DNA of 64,000 nucleotides, taken from assembly GCA_965279035.1 (NCBI GenBank), contig OZ257142.1:640001-704000 (forward strand). The letters are read 5' to 3'. Under the pieces are notes generated by a model. The model saw only the letters and a program-made list of their open reading frames with translations. It searched no databases and had not been told where the DNA came from. The stretch is from Bacteroidia bacterium (GTDB taxonomy: Bacteria; Bacteroidota; Bacteroidia; M30B66). Each line of letters opens with the position of its first letter. Position 1 is the stretch's first letter. Below, piece after piece: positions 10,427 to 19,859 of the stretch. The translations under genes were made by a program, and so were the position numbers.

Positions 10427-13400
10427 TCAAAAATCTGTCGTGAAAGAAAGGTAATAAACAGCAGGTAACAAAGTTCCATCTTCTAGTCCTCGCGCCATAT
10501 CAAATCGGACAAAATACCCTAAAATACGTGTTCTAAGTCCGAAGCCAAAGCCCGCAACAATGGGTTCTCGTTGGTTTTTAAGAACGACTTTGATGGGACC
10601 ACTTTCGATGGTTTTTTGGTTAAAAGTATTGTTTTCAGAATAAGGTGAAGAACCTGTAAATGCAGTTCCAACATCTGTAAAACCTACTACTTGGATGTTG
10701 TTTAGTAAGTCCGATTTTAAAGGATATTTTGCAAAATAACGCACCATATTCCAGCGAAGTTCTCCATTGAAAACGGCGAAGCTAGATCCGTTCCGAATAT
10801 TCTGATAAAATCCTCGTACGTTGGTTCCAAGTGTTTGGAAAATATAATGTTGTGAAGGATCATCTGCCACAGAGTTATCAAATTTTGGAATAAACCAAGA
10901 ATCAACTCCACCAAGATAAAACATCAATTTATTCGGCCCAAACGACGTAGCTCCCGCCAAACGAGCAGCCCAAATCATTTCACGCATGATTCGACCATAT
11001 TGTCGAAAATCAGCACCCAAAATAGTAACTGAAGCTTTGGCAGCATTCAGTTGATGAAAATGTTCTGCAGTGATTTTTAAGCGCGTTCCCGTCATCATAT
11101 TCAAACCCATTGGGAATGAATTATCTAATACAAATTCGGTTTTTAATTGTGCCCAATGTGAATACGTGGTTGGACGTGAAAGTCTTGCCAAATCAGTAGC
11201 TAAAAAAACTGAACGATCGTTTCGATACGAAAGGCTTCCATCAATTCGTGAAACTTCAGAAAATGGATAGGATAATTTTCCACTTATTGTATGAACGAGA
11301 ACTCTAGAACCATCATTGGTATTGGATTGTAAGCCCTGACGGTGAAAAATTAGTGTTCGATCGAGCCGTTTTTTCATCGACTGAAATGCCAGCAAATATT
11401 CATTTCCCGTTAAATTCCCAGCAAGTCGAAGGCCTCCCGTTATGCGAAAATCTTCAAATAAATCGGCTAAGCCAACTCGAAAAAGTCCATTGATTGCTGG
11501 GTTTTGATAATCACTTCCTGTATAAGGTTGATAGGTGAGATTTAAAAATCCGCGATCTATCTGAGTCACTAAATAATCTTGGTAATAGGCTGTTTCATAC
11601 AAACGTTGGCGAGTGAGTTTAAACGTATCTTGATTTGATATTGCCGGAGCATTGGGTGTGATTAGATCGGATTTGACAGTTTTATCATCACCGAAAACCA
11701 CAATTCGCCTTACTTTGGAACTACCCACCGATTTTTGTTTCGGCTTTTCTTCGGCCTTCTTAACCGTAATTGGATTTAGTTGCATCGCCCATGTAGTTGT
11801 TGGTAATGCAGCTGTTTTTACTAAACCAGAATCTAACTTTGTTTGAAGAATACTGGTTCTTTGATTCCGTTCAATTAATTCTACAATTTTCCCTTCGGAG
11901 TTAATGCAGTGTTCTAAAATGCCCTGTTTGTAATTGGTTTGAGGGTTTGATACAAGAAAATATCGGTAATGAATTAATGTATCTATATAGGCTATACTAC
12001 TGTCGAAATGCGCTGTATAACGATTGACTATACCATTTTGATCGCTCAAATAGATAAGTTGATTGTTGCTTAAAGGAATTGCCTGTTGTTCGTGGATGAG
12101 AGGAGTAAAAGTGAGCCTGCGTACTACCTCTTCTTTCAAAAATGGATTAATCAGAAAAAGATCATGTGCTGCCAACGGAATTAGTGGTGTATTGCTTGGC
12201 ACATTCAACGAATCACTTGGCCTATTGGAGCTGAAAAGTATTCGCTCTCCATCAGGCATCCAAGCGGGATTCGATTCGTCCCATTCATCATGCGTGAGCG
12301 CTTGAAACGTATTGGAAATATTGTTGAATAGAAAAAGATCTGTTCGTCCATCTTTCAAGGCAATCATGGCCATGTTTTTCCCATTGGGAGCGATGGAAAG
12401 ACTCATTACTTTTTGAACTTGATCGAGGAATTTCCGCTGGATAGAACCATCTTTTACAGAATAAAAATTCAAACGCAGTCGACTCTTAAATTCATCGCAA
12501 TACACCAAATATTCTCCATTTGGATGCCACGTCAACACAGGATAACTCATGTCGTTCAAGGTTGGAAGTTTCTTCCCAATTCGCATGATTTTTTTACGTT
12601 TTCCTGTTTGGTTGTCTTTTAGGAAAAGGACGTTTTTACCAAACTCATTCCTCACCCAAGCCAAGTACTTTCCATCTTGACTTAGTTTAACTTCTCTGTA
12701 AATGGCTCCTTTTCGATAGCGTCCAGAAATGAGTTCACCTTTGTTTTCTTGGTAAAGCGTATCACTAAAAAAATAACGTTTGTCGTAATAATGAATCCAT
12801 TCTTGAGTCAAACTTCTAATACCAATCCCTAAAACCAATTCAAATCCAGTATCAACACTACGACTAACACGCGTCATTTCAACAATTTCGGGGATAACTT
12901 TTGATCCATACGTTGCAGCGATATAATGCCAAATAGATTCTCCTGCTATGGCAGCATCGTCTCCTTCGATGTGGTTGAATTTCAAAAATCGCCCACTAAT
13001 AATTCCATCTCGAACTTGATCATCAGTTCGTGTATTCCATGGACGGCTCATCCAAGACACTAAACCTTTATGAAACCAATCGGGAATATTGAGTAAGGTT
13101 GAACTTCGAAGTCGATCACGGAAGTCACTCCCATAAAGGAATTCATTCACAAACGATTCTGCAACACCCGATCTGATTTGTTCTGCAAAAGCGACAGTTC
13201 CTTTTTCATAATAAAGCAACACTTTGCTACCTACCATGCGTGTTGTGCCACCTAAATTATTCTGGCTTTGACCACCAAGTCCAACATTGCTTTGTTTTAA
13301 ATCCGAAAGCCGATCAAAAACGAGTAATTGCAATCGGTTTTCTAGCGTGTAATCGAAGAGTTGTTCGTATTCCGATAAGGTGATTTGTGCAGTTTGAGCA

Positions 13401-13591
13401 ACACGTTTTGAGAGCTCTTTTCCTCCTGAATAAAAATAAACGTCCATACGATCGTAACGGTAAAACGACCATTCTATCGGCTTATACTGAATTCTGTTTT
13501 TCCCAAAATCCATCCTCGACCCATTGTAAAACTGAGCGTTGACGGGAAAAGCAAACAGAATAAATAAAATGTGGACAGCTAATTTTCGCAC
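10427..13591 (-). CDS. Omp85/BamA-superfamily outer-membrane protein with a peptidase-like N-terminal domain and a TolB/PD40 beta-propeller
   Basis: Signal peptide; FGKNRIQY; PDWFHKG (peptidase MA-like); PD40 repeats (PAWMPDGERILFSSNR); loop-6 VRGF motif; C-terminal YYLSFTTDF beta-signal. Confidence 0.75.
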   Translation of the reverse strand: MRKLAVHILFILFAFPVNAQFYNGSRMDFGKNRIQYKPIEWSFYRYDRMDVYFYSGGKELSKRVAQTAQITLSEYEQLFDYTLENRLQLLVFDRLSDLKQSNVGLGGQSQNNLGGTTRMVGSKVLLYYEKGTVAFAEQIRSGVAESFVNEFLYGSDFRDRLRSSTLLNIPDWFHKGLVSWMSRPWNTRTDDQVRDGIISGRFLKFNHIEGDDAAIAGESIWHYIAATYGSKVIPEIVEMTRVSRSVDTGFELVLGIGIRSLTQEWIHYYDKRYFFSDTLYQENKGELISGRYRKGAIYREVKLSQDGKYLAWVRNEFGKNVLFLKDNQTGKRKKIMRIGKKLPTLNDMSYPVLTWHPNGEYLVYCDEFKSRLRLNFYSVKDGSIQRKFLDQVQKVMSLSIAPNGKNMAMIALKDGRTDLFLFNNISNTFQALTHDEWDESNPAWMPDGERILFSSNRPSDSLNVPSNTPLIPLAAHDLFLINPFLKEEVVRRLTFTPLIHEQQAIPLSNNQLIYLSDQNGIVNRYTAHFDSSIAYIDTLIHYRYFLVSNPQTNYKQGILEHCINSEGKIVELIERNQRTSILQTKLDSGLVKTAALPTTTWAMQLNPITVKKAEEKPKQKSVGSSKVRRIVVFGDDKTVKSDLITPNAPAISNQDTFKLTRQRLYETAYYQDYLVTQIDRGFLNLTYQPYTGSDYQNPAINGLFRVGLADLFEDFRITGGLRLAGNLTGNEYLLAFQSMKKRLDRTLIFHRQGLQSNTNDGSRVLVHTISGKLSYPFSEVSRIDGSLSYRNDRSVFLATDLARLSRPTTYSHWAQLKTEFVLDNSFPMGLNMMTGTRLKITAEHFHQLNAAKASVTILGADFRQYGRIMREMIWAARLAGATSFGPNKLMFYLGGVDSWFIPKFDNSVADDPSQHYIFQTLGTNVRGFYQNIRNGSSFAVFNGELRWNMVRYFAKYPLKSDLLNNIQVVGFTDVGTAFTGSSPYSENNTFNQKTIESGPIKVVLKNQREPIVAGFGFGLRTRILGYFVRFDMARGLEDGTLLPAVYYLSFTTDF

Positions 13592-13646
13592 ACGTATGCG
13601 TTTTGGTAAATGTATGAAAAGCCCTTTATTTAGTGCATCTTACGCT

Positions 13647-14285
13647 ATGCTTCATCTTCATCATTTTACGTTCAATCCTTTTCAGGAAAATACTTGGCTC
13701 ATTTGGGCTGATAATCTTGATTGTTTCATCATCGATCCAGGATGTTATTCTTCGGCGGAGAAGCAAATTCTCAAACGTTTTATCGAAACAAATTCATTGA
13801 ATCCCATACGACTCATCAATACTCATTGTCATATTGATCATGTCCTTGGAAATCCGTTTGTTCATATGACGTATGGATTAAGCCCCGAAATTCATTCGAA
13901 AGAATTGTCCTTGTTATTGGCGGTTGAAGAATATGGGAAAATGTGGGGCATACAATCAGAGCCACAACCAGAACCTATATTAAGTTTAGATTCATTGGAA
14001 GATGCATTCCTTGGAGATGAGCGAATACAACTATTGTTCACACCTGGACATTCACCGGGAGAAATTTGTTTGTATTCTGAAACAAGCGGATTTGTTATAG
14101 CTGGTGATGTTTTATTTCAAAATAGCATTGGAAGAACCGATTTACCGGGTGGTAATATGGATGTTTTATTGAACAGCATTCGAACTCAATTATTTACTCT
14201 GCCCGATACAACTCAGGTTCATTGTGGGCACGGAAATTCAACCCAGATTGGATATGAACGTTTACATAATCCATTTTTGAGATAG
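13647..14285 (+). CDS. MBL-fold metallo-hydrolase (YcbL/GloC-like)
   Basis: THCHIDH, TPGHSPG, GDVLF..SIGRTDLPGG and GHG motifs. Start set to ATG 13647. Confidence 0.93.
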   Translation: MLHLHHFTFNPFQENTWLIWADNLDCFIIDPGCYSSAEKQILKRFIETNSLNPIRLINTHCHIDHVLGNPFVHMTYGLSPEIHSKELSLLLAVEEYGKMWGIQSEPQPEPILSLDSLEDAFLGDERIQLLFTPGHSPGEICLYSETSGFVIAGDVLFQNSIGRTDLPGGNMDVLLNSIRTQLFTLPDTTQVHCGHGNSTQIGYERLHNPFLR

Positions 14286-14320
14286 CTCAAAATCCCTATT
14301 AAATTTGTTTACCCAACTAC

Positions 14321-15232
14321 ATGAAACCAAAAGGAAAAAGTACGGCCTATCTTGAACTTCATACCGCTGTATTTCTTTTTGGATTTACAGGAATTCTCGG
14401 TCGTTTAATTTCGCTCGATGCCGGATTGCTTGTGTGGCATCGCCTCTGGATGACGGCTGTTTTGATGTTTATTTACGTAAAATATATTGGGAAATTTAGG
14501 TTGCTACATTGGAAAGAAATACTACGCATTGCAGCGATTTCTCTAGCCATTGTATTTCACTGGATCCTTTTTTATGGTGCAATAAAATTAGCTAGTGTTT
14601 CGGTGGCGATGATTTGTTTGTCATCAATCACTTTGTTTACTGCTTTGCTAGAACCAATACTGTTTAAAAAATCATTCTCCCCAGTTCAAATTATCTTTTC
14701 TGTTTTAGTCATTGTGGGAGTTTCCTTTATGGCGCAAGATCAACAAGAGCACGTTGTAGGAATCATGGTTGGCTTGGCTTCCGCATTTTTTAGTGCCTTG
14801 TTTACCGTTCTAAATAAATCCATTATAAGTCGTTACGATTCACGTTTGCTTTCCTTGTATGAAATGGCTTTGGGATTTGTTTTATTAACGTTTTTAATGC
14901 CATTAGTCGATATGTGGCTTCCCTTAGGAAACTGGATGCCGGTTCCTAGCGATTGGGGATATTTAATTCTGTTGAGTTTCTTCTGTACTGTTGTTGCCTT
15001 TAATCTGTCCTTAAGTTCGTTGAGGTCGATTAGTGCTTTTACGGTAAATTTAGCGATCAATCTCGAGCCGGTATATGGAATTGCCTTGGCCTTCTTGGTT
15101 TTCCAAGAACATAAATTATTAGGTGCAGGATTTTATATTGGAGCAGTAATTATTTTAGCAACTGTGCTCGGAGAAGTTCTTTGGAAACGTAACAGAGAAA
15201 AGAAATTCGCAACTACCAAGGTGAAAATTTAA
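14321..15232 (+). CDS. DMT/EamA family transporter
   Basis: About 10 TM helices in two EamA repeats, NLEPVYGI motif; TAAATTTG -7 element at 14300-14307. Confidence 0.9.
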   Translation: MKPKGKSTAYLELHTAVFLFGFTGILGRLISLDAGLLVWHRLWMTAVLMFIYVKYIGKFRLLHWKEILRIAAISLAIVFHWILFYGAIKLASVSVAMICLSSITLFTALLEPILFKKSFSPVQIIFSVLVIVGVSFMAQDQQEHVVGIMVGLASAFFSALFTVLNKSIISRYDSRLLSLYEMALGFVLLTFLMPLVDMWLPLGNWMPVPSDWGYLILLSFFCTVVAFNLSLSSLRSISAFTVNLAINLEPVYGIALAFLVFQEHKLLGAGFYIGAVIILATVLGEVLWKRNREKKFATTKVKI

Positions 15233-16367
15233 TTCCGAAAAAGATCCCATTAAGTGTATAATCGAAACCTTCCAACGTTTCAATTCTTTTTTCGTGAGTT
15301 GCCGAAATATAAGCGTTAAGCTTTCTATTGGGAAACCAGTTAAGTGATGCCCCTATGCGCGATTGGGTGATGTCATACGAATTGTTGATCAAGAAACCAT
15401 TGTTTTCGATGATGTTTCGTGTATTCCCAGAATAATAATCCAAGCCCAACCAGAATTTGTTGGATATTCTAATTTGGATAGAAGGCTTATGTACCCAATT
15501 GATTGAACTGTTTTGCTGTTGTGAAATCACCTGGTATTTAAAGATTACAGTGCTATTTCCCTCGGGATACCATGTTATTCCTGCCGTTTCTTGAATTTGA
15601 TTATCGTAATTCATATTACCAGCATCCACATTCAAATCAACATCCCAATTGCTAATCGATTTTCGAATTCCAAATCCTCCAACTTGATGTTGCAAAAAAT
15701 GTTGGCTTTTATCATTATAGTTCACCACAATATCGAGGTAGGAGAAATTACCTCGAATAGAAAAACCCGTTCGATTTTGCCAGTTTACATATCCCGAATA
15801 CACCTGTTGTTTGACTAGCGAATAATAATTCGATTGACCAATATTGGAATAGGCAGCATGAATAAAAAGAGATGGATGTGGCGACAAATTAACTCCAAAG
15901 GAGCTATATTTTAAATTACCAATTGCGTCACTATTACTGTTTTTAGAACCTATATCAGCTGTTATGGAATTTAAAGATTCTGTTTTATAACGAGCTTGTT
16001 TTGTTGCTCCTAAGTTCAACAATTGTTTGCCAACAAGGACTGCTTCCTGAGTTCTCCCACATTCTCTCAAAGCAGCTTCTAAATACAAAAGAGAAAAAGT
16101 ATCTGCCGAATTTAAACGTGTAGCTCGCCGAAATTCATCTATTGCAATTCGGTATTTCTTCAATCGAAAGGCTGCTTCTCCAAGTCGATATCTTAAAAAG
16201 TAATATTCTTGACCACTTACCTTAATTAAATCTTTTCGATGATTATACAGCGAATCCCATTGTCCACCAAGATACCATGTGTATGAAGTTAATTCAGGAT
16301 CAGCCTCGATTGTCTGCGCAGAAACCCTTCCAACCAAGAGAATAATAAATAGAAATAAAACACGCAT
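15213..16367 (-). CDS. Hypothetical outer-membrane beta-barrel protein with an N-terminal TPR-like region
   Basis: Signal peptide (MRVLFLFIILLVGRVSA); TPR-like YRLGEAAFRLKKYRIAIDEFRRA; alternating beta-strands ending GIFFGIKFSPW. Confidence 0.65.
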   Translation of the reverse strand: MRVLFLFIILLVGRVSAQTIEADPELTSYTWYLGGQWDSLYNHRKDLIKVSGQEYYFLRYRLGEAAFRLKKYRIAIDEFRRATRLNSADTFSLLYLEAALRECGRTQEAVLVGKQLLNLGATKQARYKTESLNSITADIGSKNSNSDAIGNLKYSSFGVNLSPHPSLFIHAAYSNIGQSNYYSLVKQQVYSGYVNWQNRTGFSIRGNFSYLDIVVNYNDKSQHFLQHQVGGFGIRKSISNWDVDLNVDAGNMNYDNQIQETAGITWYPEGNSTVIFKYQVISQQQNSSINWVHKPSIQIRISNKFWLGLDYYSGNTRNIIENNGFLINNSYDITQSRIGASLNWFPNRKLNAYISATHEKRIETLEGFDYTLNGIFFGIKFSPW

Positions 16368-16429
16368 CGGCGACAAAGATGGTTCAATCACCGAAGAGTT
16401 TAAAATGAAAAAATATTTAATAATTGAAT

Positions 16430-16485
16430 TTATCCAACACTTCCTTCCAAACGAACGGAATTAGTTTTTGTGCTTCCTCAGCAAA
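16430..16485 (-). repeat. Degenerate direct-repeat copy of the sufB 3' end (attR-like remnant)
   Basis: TTATCCAACACTTCCTTCCAAACGAACGGAATTAGTTTTTGTGCTTCCTCAGCAAA aligns to 17823-17879 at 51/57 positions (manual count). The first 23 nt are identical and there is one 1-nt deletion. Confidence 0.9.
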
Positions 16486-16550
16486 CCAGAATGTAGAGAT
16501 TTTGGTTGACAAATATGTTTCTATGTAAGCATATTGGATTACAATAGTGA

Positions 16551-16580
16551 ACAAATGTAAATAATATCATTTACATTTGT
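16551..16580. promoter_or_regulatory. Perfect palindromic operator containing two divergent -7 elements
   Basis: ACAAATGTAAAT-AATATC-ATTTACATTTGT (12-6-12); each arm contains TACATTTG (TAnnTTTG). Confidence 0.7.
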
Positions 16581-16593
16581 GTGTTAAAAATTC

Positions 16594-17064
16594 ATGTGCC
16601 TTATGAGGACAACGAAAAAATTACTTGTTGAACAGCTAGATAGAAAATTGAAACCCTTTTTTGGAACAGAGAAAGTTATTGTTCCAGATCAAGGATGGAT
16701 AAACAACATTAGAAAAACTCTAAATATGACATTAGAGCAATTGGGCAGTAAGCTAAATGTAACTCGACAAGGAGCAAAAAAAATTGAAATGAGTGAAGCG
16801 CAAGGAACAATTTCATTGAAATCAATGAAAGAAATTGGAGGAGTTCTAAATATGCAATTCGTATATGGCTTCGTACCAAAAGATGGTTCGATAGAAAATT
16901 TGATAAACCACAAAGCCGAAGAACTTGCTAGAAAAATTGTTTTGCGAACAAATCAAAATATGAAACTAGAAAACCAAGGAAATACTGAGGAGCAAATAAT
17001 AAGGGCAATTAACGATTTGACAAATGAAATAAAAAGAGAATTGAATAAATCTTTATGGGATTAG
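16594..17064 (+). CDS. Mobile mystery protein A (XRE-type HTH; putative antitoxin/regulator)
   Basis: P..GWINNIRKTLNMTLEQLG, E..G.ISLKS, FVYGFVP and MKLENQ; ends in LWD; overlaps the Fic gene. The start may instead be ATG 16603. Confidence 0.9.
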   Translation: MCLMRTTKKLLVEQLDRKLKPFFGTEKVIVPDQGWINNIRKTLNMTLEQLGSKLNVTRQGAKKIEMSEAQGTISLKSMKEIGGVLNMQFVYGFVPKDGSIENLINHKAEELARKIVLRTNQNMKLENQGNTEEQIIRAINDLTNEIKRELNKSLWD

Positions 17065-17651
17065 AACTCGAATATGAAGACGGGCAAACACCGTTAAGTG
17101 AAGAAGAAAAAGAAGGATTACGATTAAAAACAATTACTACACATGGCGAATTAGATGAGCATGAACAGTTAAATATTGAGAAAGCGATTGAATGGACAAT
17201 AAAAACAAAATTCAAAACGGAAAAAATATTAACCGAAGATTTTATAAAACTACTTCATAAAAAAATGCTCGGAAATGTTTGGACCTGGGCAGGAGAATTT
17301 CGAAAATCAGAAAAGAACATTGGAGTTAAATGGGTGATGATTAGAATTGAATTGAAGGCACTACTTGAAGACACAAAGTATTGGATAGAAAATAAGACTT
17401 TTTCAGATGAAGAGATTGCAATTCGATTCAAACACCGCTTAGTAAATATTCATTGCTTCCCGAATGGTAATGGGCGACATTCAAGAATAATGGCAGATAT
17501 AATTATGGAATCAATATTCGGAAATGAACCATTTTCATGGAATCATTCCAATATGGTTAAAGCCAATCAAACTAGGAAAAACTATATAAATGCAATACGA
17601 GAAGGCGATATAGGAAACATTCAACCCTTAATCGACTTTGCGAAAAACTAA
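17055..17651 (+). CDS. Mobile mystery protein B (Fic domain protein)
   Basis: GQTPLSEEEKEGL, ELDEHEQLNI, VWTWAGEFR, and Fic motif HCFPNGNGRHSR. Confidence 0.92.
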   Translation: MGLELEYEDGQTPLSEEEKEGLRLKTITTHGELDEHEQLNIEKAIEWTIKTKFKTEKILTEDFIKLLHKKMLGNVWTWAGEFRKSEKNIGVKWVMIRIELKALLEDTKYWIENKTFSDEEIAIRFKHRLVNIHCFPNGNGRHSRIMADIIMESIFGNEPFSWNHSNMVKANQTRKNYINAIREGDIGNIQPLIDFAKN

Positions 17652-17822
17652 TAATCTGTAGATATAAGCACAGGATAGAAAAGTCAAACTTTCTGATTCA
17701 TTAATTCATCCTATTTTATCTGGACATTTATTCAATGAATCCATTCTACTCACTTTATTAAGTTCTTCAACTGTGTGAAGTTTGGAGATTAATGTAAACT
17801 GCTAAAATGACTTAGGCTTCAA

Positions 17823-19271
17823 TTATCCAACACTTCCTTCCAAACTAACGGAAAGTAGTTTTTGTGCTTCTACTGCAAATTCCATCGGTAATTGTTTCAA
17901 AACCTCTTTGCAATATCCATTTACTATTAAGCCAATGGCTTTCTCAGTATCAATTCCACGTTGTTTACAGTAAAACAATTGGTCTTCACCAATCTTAGAA
18001 GTAGTGGCTTCGTGTTCAACAATGGCGGTAGGATTTTTTATTTCAATGTATGGAAAGGTGTGCGCTCCGCATTGATCACCCATGAGCAATGAATCACATT
18101 GAGAAAAATTACGCGCATTGGCTGCTTTCAGACTGATACGAACTAATCCACGATAACTATTTTGACTTTTACCAGCAGAGATTCCTTTGGAGATGATGGT
18201 GCTTTTCGTGTTTTTGCCCAAATGAATCATCTTGGTTCCGGTGTCGGCTTGTTGCATATTGTTGGTTACTGCAACAGAGTAAAATTCACCCACCGATGAA
18301 TCTCCTTTCAAAATCACACTTGGGTATTTCCAGGTGATGGCTGAGCCTGTTTCTACTTGTGTCCAGGAAATTTTTGCACCATATCCAGCGCATATGCCTC
18401 GTTTGGTAACGAAATTAAAAATTCCTCCAAGGCCGTTTTTATCACCTGGATACCAATTCTGAACGGTGCTGTATTTTACTTCTCCTTTTTCTTGTGCAAT
18501 AATTTCTACAACGGCAGCATGAAGTTGATTTTCGTCACGCATGGGAGCTGTACAACCTTCCAAATAACTCACGTAAGCGCCTTCTTCAGCAATAATTAAC
18601 GTGCGTTCGAACTGACCTGTTCCGGATGCATTGATACGGAAATAGGTAGATAATTCCATAGGACAACGAACACCTTTAGGAATATAACAAAATGAGCCAT
18701 CAGTAAATACTGCAGAATTCAAGGCTGCATAGTAATTATCTGTATAAGGAACCACCGAGCCCATATATTTCTGGACTAATTCGGGATGATCAATTACCGC
18801 TTCACTAAAGGAGCAGAAAATTATTCCTAGCTCGCCCAGTTTTTCTTTGAATGTGGTTTTTACCGAAACCGAATCAATTACTGCATCTACTGCAACTCCT
18901 GTAAGTCGCTTTTGTTCGAGAAGTGAAATGCCCAGTTTTTCGAATGTTTTACGAAGTTCCGGATCTACTTCATCTAAGCTATTGAGTTGTTTTGTTTTCT
19001 TGGGTGCAGCATAATAGATTATGTTTTGGAAATCTATTTTCGGATAATGCACATGTGCCCAAACTGGTTCTTCCAATGTTATCCAATACCGATACGCCTT
19101 TAATCGGTAGGCCAACATCCATTCTGGTTCTTTCTTTTTTGCAGAAATAAAACGGATGATATCTTCATTCAGCCCTTTGGGCGCAGAATCCATCTCGATA
19201 TCAGTGGTAAATCCCCACTTATAATCGGAATTGATGTGCGATTCAAGAATTTCGTTGCCCTCTGCTGACAT
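17823..19271 (-). CDS. sufB: Fe-S cluster assembly protein SufB
   Basis: [40 protein letters not shown] and HEAT motifs; ends LEGSVG. Confidence 0.97.
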   Translation of the reverse strand: MSAEGNEILESHINSDYKWGFTTDIEMDSAPKGLNEDIIRFISAKKKEPEWMLAYRLKAYRYWITLEEPVWAHVHYPKIDFQNIIYYAAPKKTKQLNSLDEVDPELRKTFEKLGISLLEQKRLTGVAVDAVIDSVSVKTTFKEKLGELGIIFCSFSEAVIDHPELVQKYMGSVVPYTDNYYAALNSAVFTDGSFCYIPKGVRCPMELSTYFRINASGTGQFERTLIIAEEGAYVSYLEGCTAPMRDENQLHAAVVEIIAQEKGEVKYSTVQNWYPGDKNGLGGIFNFVTKRGICAGYGAKISWTQVETGSAITWKYPSVILKGDSSVGEFYSVAVTNNMQQADTGTKMIHLGKNTKSTIISKGISAGKSQNSYRGLVRISLKAANARNFSQCDSLLMGDQCGAHTFPYIEIKNPTAIVEHEATTSKIGEDQLFYCKQRGIDTEKAIGLIVNGYCKEVLKQLPMEFAVEAQKLLSVSLEGSVG

Positions 19272-19290
19272 GATTTATATTTAAAAAAAA

Positions 19291-19617
19291 TTAAACGGCG
19301 AAACTTTCTCCGCATCCGCAAGTTCGTGTCGCATTTGGATTATTAAATGAAAATCCTTTCCCATTCAATCCTCCCGAATACTCGAGTACTGTTCCTACCA
19401 AATACAAGAAACTCTTCTTATCAACCAGAATTTTCACTCCCTTGTCTTCAAATAACTGATCTCCATCACGTCGTTCTGCATCAAAATCCATTTTATAAGA
19501 AAGTCCAGAACAACCTCCTCCTTCAACACCAACACGTAAATAACTATCAACTTTATGATTTCCTTCAGTCATTAAGCTCATCAATTTTTCTTTTGCAGTT
19601 TCAGATACTGATATCAT
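19291..19617 (-). CDS. iscA: A-type Fe-S carrier (HesB/IscA/SufA)
   Basis: GGGCSGLSY and NPNATRTCGCGESF motifs. Start set to ATG 19617. Confidence 0.95.
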   Translation of the reverse strand: MISVSETAKEKLMSLMTEGNHKVDSYLRVGVEGGGCSGLSYKMDFDAERRDGDQLFEDKGVKILVDKKSFLYLVGTVLEYSGGLNGKGFSFNNPNATRTCGCGESFAV

Positions 19618-19679
19618 ATTGAATCTATCTTTTCTGTTAAACAAGCAGCTTTCGGTTTAGTTTCAAAAGCAGGGTTTTT

Positions 19680-19712
19680 ATTTAGACTTATTCTAAACAG
19701 ATGGCAAATATA
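19680..19712 (-). promoter_or_regulatory. iscA-sufB promoter: -7 element (19705-19712) followed by a Fur-like box (19680-19698)
   Basis: TATATTTG on the minus strand. The palindrome ATTTAGACTTATTCTAAAC matches 17/19 of ATTTAGAATTATTCTAAAT and sits just after the predicted TSS. Confidence 0.65.
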
Positions 19713-19859
19713 CGCATTGACGGGGAGTTAATCAACATCAAGATTTGTTTGTTTTGATAAAATTCAATCAGAAATTTTTCGTTTAGAAATTTTTCATGGT
19801 AACAATTAGAAAGAAAATCCAAAATTCAAAAACTATATTTGTCGAAATAGTCAGGAGAT

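Larger units (their letters stand above)
16430..17879. mobile_element. Small integrated cassette or islet remnant (HTH + Fic pair) at the sufB 3' end
   Basis: Two visibly AT-rich genes lie opposite to their neighbours, flanked by direct repeats of the sufB terminus. No integrase is inside. Confidence 0.7.

Noticed and set aside
17660-17820. Possible gene remnant inside the cassette (minus strand ...LHTVEELNKVSRMDSLNK...), faintly like the end of a four-helix-bundle protein
   Set aside because: Too short, with no start codon or diagnostic motif, and no integrase residues. It cannot be supported without a search.
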